Part shown: piece after piece, positions 1 through 9,312 of the stretch
How positions within the stretch are numbered: position 1 is the stretch's first letter
Layout of the letters: each line of letters starts with the position of its first letter
Source: Neocallimastix sp. 'constans'
Lineage: Eukaryota
Assembly: GCA_050613775.1 (NCBI GenBank)
Contig: JBODTK010000101.1
Coordinates: forward strand, 248,001 to 312,000
DNA: 64,000 bases
Direction: 5' to 3'
Made by a program: the position numbers and the translations under genes
The notes under the pieces: model-generated
The model's input: the letters and a program-made list of their open reading frames with translations, nothing else
What the model was told of the DNA's origin: nothing
The model's database searches: none

Positions 1-2951
1 TAATAAAAAAAAAGTTAAAAAATAAACCATTTATGACAATATTAATTTTAATTGAAACAAAAATTAATTCGTTATTATTAAATATATTCGATAAAAATTA
101 TAAAAATATTAAATATACAGATAAATAGATTATATTTTATATAATTTAACATTTTGTATCTACTCATTAATTATATCTTTTATCTATTAGTTTTTAATAT
201 TTTATGTTTAAGAGGTCAGATTAAACTATTTATTTCTGTATAATACTATACGTAATACTTTTATTATATTAAATCAATAGGATGACTTAATAATGCTAAA
301 CAATACATACTATTAATGTATTGATATTATGATTTTAGTATTAAATATAGATTTACTCATAGTGAAATTTTAAAATAAGAAAATAAATTTTTTTAACTAT
401 TAATCGTCACGTCACCTGTCTGTAAAAACAAAAAAAAAAAAAAGTTAAAGCAAAAAAAAAGTTAAAGCAAAAAAAAGTTTTTTATTTTTATTTTTTTTTT
501 TTTTAATTTAGAATATGAAATAAAAAACTTTAAAACCATAATTATTTTGTTATTTCTTTTTATCCGTTGTTCCGTTGTTAAAAAAAAAAAAAAGATATTA
601 TATAAGCAAAGTTTTTTTTTAAAAAAAAAATAAAAAAAGTTAAAATATTAATATATTATAATTCTTATTAAAATATAAAAAAAAACTTTATTTATTTATT
701 TACTTAATTAAATTTTTTATATTAATATATTTAATATATATATAAACATTTTTAATAATAAATTAAATATCATTATTAATCAAATTTTCGATATTTTAAA
801 TAAATAAAAAAATATAAAATAATTCTTTGTTTTGTATATTAAGATTTATAGGGTCCATTATTTAATTTTGTTATTACTTTAACATTATTATAATTAAATT
901 TGCTTCCACATAAGGATTAATCAGAATATTCATTAATGCATTCTTAGAATAGCAGTTAAAGTTTGACAATTTACTGAATAGAATCATTCGAATGCTTTCA
1001 GAATTTATTGATCATTTTCCATATATGGTTAGTAAATTAAAAACTATAATATTTAATAATAATTAAAAATGAATTAATTATAATTATTATTTATTTATAA
1101 TTTTAGGAATTAAAACGGGAAAAAAATTTTTTTTGTATTTTTTTCGTAATTTTTTCGTAATTTTTTCATTTTTTTTTTTTTTTGGATAAATTTAATAGTT
1201 TAACAGAAATTAATAATAAATGAGATATGGCTTAGAATATTTCTCTTCACCATAATTACAAAATTAATATATTTTTAATTCATTATTTTATTATTTTATT
1301 TTTTTTTATGGCTCAGTAAAGTTTTATTTTTAAATAAATAAAATAAATAATAATAAATTTATATATATAAATATTTGTTACTATTGAAATGTATATATTT
1401 CATTTCAATAGTAACAAATATATAAACAACATCACCATATAAAATGTATATTAAATAATATAATCTTCTTCATATATATTTAAATAGTAATAATTACAAA
1501 ATATATTATTTTATTTTCAATTATTATAATAAAAATATCCAATTATTATAAATAATAATATATTTTATATAATAAATTCTAGTATATTATATCTATTCAT
1601 TTATTATAAATAAATAGGCTAATAAAATAAGTAAATAAAATAAAATAAAATAAAATAAAAATCATCTCGAAAAGTTTTGTTTTTTATAATATTTCATATT
1701 AGGAAAGTGTTATGGAAAGGCTTAAAAATTTCATATTTTTAATATAAAATAAAAATTTTTTTTCTATTAAATAATATAATCAAATATATTTTAATTATAT
1801 TAAATTTTTATTCATATAATTCATATATATTTATAATATTAATTTTATTAATAAAATTTTTATATTAAATATTTTTATAAATATTACATACTAAATCTTA
1901 TTTGTAATAAATTTTATATTTTAATAATATATATATTTTTCATTTAATACTAATTAATAATTATACTACTATTTTTTATTAGTTTAATATATATTATAAC
2001 ATATTCTAAAATATATTATATAATATAATTATATTAATTTTTATTTATTATAATTAATCTTTTATTTTTATATATTCTTAAATTATTCTATATATATTTT
2101 TATATCATAAATTAATATAGAAATATATTAGAATATACTATAATATATAATTCAAGTAAAATATATAATATTGTAGAAATTAATAAAATATAGACAATTC
2201 TATATAATAATAACATTATTATAGAAAAGCTTAATTGGTTTAAATTTTTTTTTTTTTTTTTAAATTAATAATAAATATATTAAATTATAAGAGATAGTAA
2301 ATTAGAATATACGAATTCTATTGAAATTATACTACTATTAATATATTAACTTTTTATTTCTAAAAGCCATAAATTAAAAGTATGGTTAATACTATTTTTT
2401 TTTTTTTTTTAATTTTTTAAATATATAAAAGACATAATTTTCACCGAATTTTTTTTTTTTTTTTATTTTTAAATACTTATATTATACCATCTGAATCTAG
2501 TATTTTTATTTTTAAGAAAGTATTAAAGAAGTTTTGTTTTTAAAGAAATTTATTATTTATAAAAATATTACAAATAAATATATATAAACTTCATTAATAA
2601 TTAATAATACAATTAAAAAAAATAAAAATTTTAATAAATTTTTAATAATTTTCACTTTATAAATTAATTTTTTAAAAAATTAAGAAAGAAATTTGGTATT
2701 CATTATAAATCGTAAAGTTATAGTTATTATAAATTATTAGATATTCATATTATTCGACATCAAAAAGGAATATTTTATTATTTAATACTTGGAATACAGT
2801 GATTTATTTAACTTTTATTATTAAATTGGAATTTAAAAGTTAAAATAATTAAAATTTCATATTACTGACAAAGAATAAAATAATTTTAAGCTCGAAATAA
2901 TAAAAAGTACTTATTTAGAATTAACAAACAAACAATCAAGAAAAAAAAAGT

Positions 2952-4010
2952 ATGGGCTTAATTGCAATTGTTAAACACCAAAAAACGAAATGGTCTAAGA
3001 ATGAAAACAAAATAAAAGATATAGACCTTCCAAATGGTGTTACATTAAAAGGACAAAAGAAGAAACACAAATTTTTACCAAAGTTCTTTTCTTCTATTTT
3101 TAAATTAAGATATAATGCTGCAATTGAGGACACACATAAGGAAAAATCTAATGTATGTGAAAAGTTAAATAAATTAGAAAGTAATGATACAGTTGTTACC
3201 ATTAAATCAAATTGTTCTATCCGTTTTACTGGTATTTACGATGAATCAGAGAAGAAATGTAAAGGTTCTGCAACAAGTAAACTTTTACAAGCTTTTGATC
3301 CCGAAAGAACTATTCACCATGATGATATATATGATTCTGAAAAAACAGTACAAGCAAACAATATTACCTATTTAAAATTTTCTAAAAATGAGGTTTCAGA
3401 TGAATACGAAAGTACAGTAGGAACTGTAGTTTCAGATAAATGCAATAGTCCAACACAAGTATTCCTTACTAGAAAGACTATTAATTTAAAAGGGAGAAAT
3501 GACAATACTTTACCTGTGTTATCAGAATATTTAGCAGAAATTATTCGTAGTAGATTACCAAATCTTTTACAAGAGGCTACAACTTGGAATTTATTATACA
3601 GTATGGATCAACATGGTGCAAGATTAAGTACTTTGTACCGTTTAATTAAAGACCAAGGTCCATGTATATTAATATTAAAAAATTCCAGTAAAGAAATTTT
3701 TGGTGCATTTATTTCTGAACCATTTGACCCAATTAATCGCGGCTTTTTTGGTACCCCAGAATGTTTCCTTTGGAAATCAAATAATTATCAATTCAAGAAA
3801 TACTCTGCTACCCATAGTAACCAATACTTTATGTTAGCTGAACCTGAATTTATTGCAATGGGTGGTGGTAATGGTAATTTTGGTTTCTATTTGGATGAAG
3901 ATATTCATTTTGGTTATTCTTCAGCATGTGATACCTATTATAATGAAGTTTTAACTGAAGATAATGAATTTGAATGTTATGGCTGTGAAGTATGGGGTTT
4001 TGAATTCTAA
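2952..4010 (+). CDS. OXR1: TLDc-domain protein (OXR1-like), single coding exon
   Basis: 352-aa ORF; C-terminal TLDc motifs WNLLYSMDQHGARLSTLY, IFGAF, FFGTPECFLW, IAMGGGNGNFGFYLDED, CDTYYNEVL, EVWGF. Confidence 0.88.
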   Translation: MGLIAIVKHQKTKWSKNENKIKDIDLPNGVTLKGQKKKHKFLPKFFSSIFKLRYNAAIEDTHKEKSNVCEKLNKLESNDTVVTIKSNCSIRFTGIYDESEKKCKGSATSKLLQAFDPERTIHHDDIYDSEKTVQANNITYLKFSKNEVSDEYESTVGTVVSDKCNSPTQVFLTRKTINLKGRNDNTLPVLSEYLAEIIRSRLPNLLQEATTWNLLYSMDQHGARLSTLYRLIKDQGPCILILKNSSKEIFGAFISEPFDPINRGFFGTPECFLWKSNNYQFKKYSATHSNQYFMLAEPEFIAMGGGNGNFGFYLDEDIHFGYSSACDTYYNEVLTEDNEFECYGCEVWGFEF

Positions 4011-4573
4011 GTGGAGTTTTTATAAGACCTAAATGATATTTATTATTATTATTATTATTTTTTTTTTTTATTTTATGGAAACAATTATTAAAATTAATAT
4101 GTTTTTTTTCTATTATACCAAAATTAAATAATAATTTTTAATAGTAAAATCAGAAAACAAAACAAAAATTAAACAAGAAAGCAAGCAAGCAAAAAAAAAA
4201 AAATAACGAAATAAATAAATTTATTTATTTATTAATTGATATTTAATTTAAGTTATTTTATAATATATAAATTCATAAAAATTATTTAAACTGAAAATAA
4301 ATTTAATTTTGTCTTTATTATAGATAAATTTTTTGAACGTATTAGTACATCATAATATATAAAATATATAATAAATATATAAGTATTAATCATTATTATT
4401 ATAATGATTAAGTCTTTTAAAGTTATTTATTTATATATTTATATATTTTAATCAATATAATTATAAATGCTTTAGAAATAGTAAAAAGTATAGCAATAAA
4501 TTAAGAAATTCAATAATATATATATTATTTAGCAATATTTTTTTTTTTTTTTTTTTTTTTTAATGAGGAAAAT

Positions 4574-4611
<38 letters not shown>

Positions 4612-5092
4612 ACTAATCGCATAAAACAATTAATCAATACTAAACATTATTACATTATTAGTAAATATTAAAATTAATTATATATTTATTTTTAAATCAA
4701 TCATAATATTATTAACATTGTTGATTCAATTTATAGTGTTATTAAGAACAATCAATTAATCTCATATTTATTTTATTTATTTAATCTTTTTAAGAAATAT
4801 AATTTTATATTTAATTTTTTTTTTTTTTTATAATTTTTTGATAATCTTCAAATTGCTATAGTAATTAGATTTGTTTATTAATATATACCATTAATATACC
4901 ATAAGTAAATATAAAACAATAAGTAATAAAAATAAAAATAAAATAAATTGACATAAAAACTTTTTTAACAAAAAATAAATAATTCGAAATTAAAATTTTT
5001 TGTTTATTTGAAAATTAAGTTTATAAATTTCTTTATATAGTTTTTTATTTTTTATTTTTTATTTTTTTTTTATTTTTTCATTTCTTTTATAT

Positions 5093-5368
5093 GACGTCGG
5101 TATGATAAGACATGGATTTTCACCTCCCGGTGAAAGATCGGATACAGATTCGGTTGATAACACTAATACTGAAATTATTACTCGCAATAATAATTTCAGT
5201 ATTAGTGGTGTTATCATCAATAAATAGGAAAAGTTTTAACTATTGCTTCTAACACATTTTTATAATTATATAATATATAATATTTCATTTCATGTATTTT
5301 ATTTTTTCATTTAAATCATGTAATTTTATTATTATTAGTATAAATTAATTAAAATTATTCTCTAAATC

Positions 5369-5400
<32 letters not shown>

Positions 5401-5445
5401 CAAAACAAAAAAAAACAAAAAAAAACAAAACAAAAAAAAAAAAAA
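5093..5445 (+). mobile_element. 5'-truncated 3' fragment of non-LTR retrotransposon (family B)
   Basis: Closely matches 13352-13612 (gacgtcg...atggattttcacctcc...gataacactaatactgaaattattactcgc...ttctctaa(a/g)tct); ends in an A/(CAAAA)n tail. Confidence 0.85.
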
Positions 5446-5462
5446 TTCATGTATTTTTTTCA

Positions 5463-6040
5463 CTTCCAGGTCCATGGAGGGTTGATGGAAAAGGAATAAC
5501 CTATATCAGGTGTACTAATTACAGCTTTCTGTGATTCTGATGATAATCGATGGTTATCCTTTCTAAAGTGGCTTCTAGTACAAAGAGAGAAAATTGGAAT
5601 ACTGGAAGACTATTGAAGGTGAACTTGATGTTTTTAATTGTTTTAAACTGGATATGTAGTAACATTGGAGTTGTATAATTAATAATATCATGTAGTTTCT
5701 ACATATTATCATTGTAATGAATCTATTGTATTTTTTACTTTAGCATTATTTTGTATATGTATTTTTCTATAGTATTATTTATACTTTCATGTAGCTATTG
5801 TAAAATGGAAATGTAGGAGATTGATTCACTCCAAAGCTTGTGTTTAAGACATTATTTAACGGATGGGAATCTTTTTTATAGTCTTTCTCTACTAATTTTT
5901 TTTTTTCTTTTTAAATATACTTTTAGATAATTTATGATTATTCAACAGAAAATTTTTAACATCTTATAGCGCTTTATTAATTGAAAGAATTACAATCAGT
6001 CAAAAGATAAAAAGAAACAATTATTCATTTTAACAGTATA
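5463..6040 (+). repeat. Dispersed repeat X, copy 1: structured 5' module plus possible relic of a LINE N-terminal coding region
   Basis: 5464-5895 is near-identical to 14231-14675; weaker similarity continues to ~6040/14835 (tcaaaagataa...attattcatt). Confidence 0.8.
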
Positions 6041-6264
6041 TACAAGTAATTTTGTATCAATAAATTTTTTACCCTTGAGTAAATTTATAAATATTATATC
6101 AGTTATACCGGATAAAATCAATTATTTACAAAATCTATAATCTATTAAATCATCAAGAATAATTTTATATTTCAAGCTTTCAAATATTCAACACCAATAT
6201 TTTTTATTTACTATTTAAAGGGAATTTACTTTCTCTTTTATTTTTTAATTTATTTTGTTATATA

Positions 6265-6327
<63 letters not shown>

Positions 6328-6330
<3 letters not shown>

Positions 6331-9312
6331 AAAATGAAATTATATAAATCCATTAAAAGAAGAGGTTCTTATCATAATTTAGATGAATTTGAAGAATTAA
6401 TTGATAAATATAATAGAATGTGCAAAATTATTCATCATATGTGTAATATTTATAGGAAAACTGAATACCAACATTGGATTAATACAGGATGTGAATATAT
6501 GAAATCTCATAACCCTAAAAAAGCTTGGAAATGGCTTAAAACAACAGCAAAAGTAGATAAATTTAAAAATATGTCAAATTCTCCAGTAAAGGACAAAAAT
6601 GGTAAACTAGCTACTTCTACTAAAGAACAGTTAGAAGTATGGCACAATCACTATAAAAAACTTGCTTCAAGCCATTCTGATATCAATAGTGCATTAATCG
6701 AATGGTATAATAAATTTTCCAATGGAACAATTAGGTATACGAGACACAATGAATGGGATATAAATCAAGACATCAGTATAGAAGAAATTAGAGAAGCAAT
6801 TTTGGCTACTCCAAATTTTAAAGCTTCAGGCCCGGATGGAATTCCTATTGAATTTTATAAAGCTTTAATTCCTCCGGATGACGAAAATTCAGTAAATAAT
6901 TCTTCTTCTGGTTTAAATTGTTTACAGAAGATATACTCAAGAATTTGGAATGGAGAATTTCCTAGCTCATGGAATGAAGCAAGTATTATATCTATTCCTA
7001 AAAAAGGAGATGATCTATCTGATTGTGACAATTATCGAGGTATCTCTCTGATTAACAATGGTATTAAACTCATTTCGAAAATAGTCTCCAAAAGAATTTC
7101 AGAATATGGACTTAAAAATAATTTTATTAGGCCAGAGCAATTTGGATTTCGTACTAAAGAAGAATGTGTTAGTTTGTTTATTTCAATTCGAGAAATTTGT
7201 CAAAGGCGTAAAAATGATAATAAAGAAACTTACCTAGCTTTTCTAGATTTAAAAAAGGCATATGATTCTGTTCCAATAGGTAATATTTTATATAAATTAG
7301 ATGCTTTAGGTATTAGAGGTAAATGTTATCAATTTATAAAAAATCTATATTTGACATCCAAAGCTAGTGTTAAAATTGATGATCAATATTCGGAATCTTT
7401 TAATATTATGAAAGGAGTTAGACAAGGTTGTCCACTATCACCAATTCTTTTCAATCTTTTTATTAATGACATTTTTAATGATGTTTCAGAACTTGGAATT
7501 CCTTTAGGCGAATCTAGATGTTGTGGTGGACTCTTTGCAGATGATATTGTTTTATGCGCACCGTCAAGAACTAAGTTGAAAAAAATGCTTAAGAAGGTAA
7601 ATGAATGGGCTAAATTTAATATGATGAATTTTGGAATTAATAAGTGTGCAACGATGGTGATTCGACCAGACACACCTCTTTTTCAAAATAAAAGAGATCC
7701 TACTTTTTATCTTGCTGGTCAACCAATTCCAATAACTAAATGTTATACCTATTTAGGTATACCATTTGATAAAAGCTTATCGTTGAAACCTATTATTAAA
7801 TTACTTAACTCTAAAGTAACTAAAGCTCTCTTTTCTGTTAGTAAATTTCTTTCAAATTCCAAAATTCCTATTCCATTTAAGAAGATTATAATTAACTCTT
7901 ATGTACTTAGTAAAGTCTCTTACTTTGCACCTTTACTTGGTTCGAATAAAACGAGAACAAATAATACTCAGAAATTAATTAATAAAGGATTAAGATGGAT
8001 TGCAGGTATACAAAAAGCCAAATCATTTATTAATGTATATTCTATTTCAAAAGATTTACATATTCCTCCATTGTCAGCTAAGTGTGCTTTGTCTCAGGTC
8101 AAATGTTTTGATAAATGGAAAAATTCAAATTGTATTATTTCCTATTTAGTTAATAATATTCCAAAATCTAGAAAATATACATGGACAAAAGAAAGTAGAA
8201 CTCTTAAACGTAAACTAGAGAAAAGAGGTAATAACGATAATAAAATCAAGGATTTTTATTGGAAAAGAGATATGAAAATCAATTCTATTAAAGCTGAGTT
8301 TTATGACAAAAACAAATTCGAAGAAACATCAAAATTTATAAAACTTTGTTATGACTATCCTGATCTTTCATATGGTTTCTATTGGCTATTGAGAGCACGA
8401 AGCGGATATAGATTAGATGCTAGAATTGCTAAAGCTGCAAAAATAGTGGACCAAATGTGTCCTAATTTTTGTCCCTGTTGTAAAAGTAATAAACAATGGA
8501 TAAGTCATTGGTTAATTGATTGTCCCTTTTTCAATCATACTCGTAGTAAAGTTAATGATAAAATTTTATTTTTATATAATGCTTTTTACCGTGGCAACCT
8601 AACAAATGATATTGTTAATAGTAATAATGATAATAGTAATAGTAATAATAGTAATAGTTATAATAGTAATAATAATATTAGTAATAGTATTTTTAGTAAT
8701 GTTAGTAATAGTATTGAAAATAATGTGTATATTGATTCTAGTGTGTGTGAAAAAGTGTTTAATTTCCTTCTTGGAGGTCGAAGTATTAATAACAGTACAA
8801 GGGAATGGAAGGATCTATTTAAGTGCCAGATGAAATCAGGTGCTTATTCTGATACTCCGTTCTTAGTGGTTACTGCGGCACTTCTCCAATCGATTATACC
8901 TATTGCTATTGGCCAGCAATGGTCTTTGTTCAATAGGTTCAAATCGAATCGTACTACTACTACCAAGAGCGTCAATGCTGAAGAAACAGTAAGACAGGCC
9001 AGCAGGGCTAGCGCAACCAATGAAGATCATAATTTTGTATCTTAAAATTATGATTAACATTGCGAAGTCAAAGTTAATTATTATACTTCAGTATAATAAT
9101 GCCCTTGTGAAGTCTTACAAATATTAATTAAATGAAACTAGAATATATTATACCATTATTTTATTTTTATTTTGTGTTTTATTTTTTGTTTATTTTTTTA
9201 TCTTTTTTTTTTTTTTATTATTTTATTACATGTATTTTATCAAATATTTAATTAATAAAGATGAAACAAGTTTGCTGCCGTTAAAAAAAAAAAAAAAAAT
9301 AAAAAAAAAAAA
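6328..9312 (+). mobile_element. Non-LTR retrotransposon (family A), 5'-truncated, between two poly(A) tracts
   Basis: 60-A tract at 6268-6327; RT ORF; 3' UTR ends TTTGCTGCCGTT followed by poly(A) at 9283-9312. Confidence 0.9.
6334..9045 (+). CDS. Uninterrupted reverse transcriptase ORF with C-terminal CCHC-type zinc knuckle; no endonuclease domain
   Basis: KASGPDGIP, PKKGDDLSDCDNYRGISL, QFGFR, FLDLKKAYDSV, GVRQGCPLSPILFN, LFADD, YTYLG, CPCC..SHWLIDC. Confidence 0.9.
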   Translation: MKLYKSIKRRGSYHNLDEFEELIDKYNRMCKIIHHMCNIYRKTEYQHWINTGCEYMKSHNPKKAWKWLKTTAKVDKFKNMSNSPVKDKNGKLATSTKEQLEVWHNHYKKLASSHSDINSALIEWYNKFSNGTIRYTRHNEWDINQDISIEEIREAILATPNFKASGPDGIPIEFYKALIPPDDENSVNNSSSGLNCLQKIYSRIWNGEFPSSWNEASIISIPKKGDDLSDCDNYRGISLINNGIKLISKIVSKRISEYGLKNNFIRPEQFGFRTKEECVSLFISIREICQRRKNDNKETYLAFLDLKKAYDSVPIGNILYKLDALGIRGKCYQFIKNLYLTSKASVKIDDQYSESFNIMKGVRQGCPLSPILFNLFINDIFNDVSELGIPLGESRCCGGLFADDIVLCAPSRTKLKKMLKKVNEWAKFNMMNFGINKCATMVIRPDTPLFQNKRDPTFYLAGQPIPITKCYTYLGIPFDKSLSLKPIIKLLNSKVTKALFSVSKFLSNSKIPIPFKKIIINSYVLSKVSYFAPLLGSNKTRTNNTQKLINKGLRWIAGIQKAKSFINVYSISKDLHIPPLSAKCALSQVKCFDKWKNSNCIISYLVNNIPKSRKYTWTKESRTLKRKLEKRGNNDNKIKDFYWKRDMKINSIKAEFYDKNKFEETSKFIKLCYDYPDLSYGFYWLLRARSGYRLDARIAKAAKIVDQMCPNFCPCCKSNKQWISHWLIDCPFFNHTRSKVNDKILFLYNAFYRGNLTNDIVNSNNDNSNSNNSNSYNSNNNISNSIFSNVSNSIENNVYIDSSVCEKVFNFLLGGRSINNSTREWKDLFKCQMKSGAYSDTPFLVVTAALLQSIIPIAIGQQWSLFNRFKSNRTTTTKSVNAEETVRQASRASATNEDHNFVS

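Noticed and set aside
404..580. CGTCACGTCAC and tandem CCGTTGTT motifs as bZIP/Myb-type sites
   Set aside because: Short motifs with no assignable transcription start; cannot be supported from sequence alone.
5537..5565. Hammerhead ribozyme suggested by CTGATGA
   Set aside because: No GAAA follows the candidate stem II, so the core cannot be completed.
5490..5660. TPP riboswitch-like words (GAACTTGAT, CTGGATAT; minus-strand ACCTGAT)
   Set aside because: The CTGAGA and GCG..GG elements and the spacing are missing.
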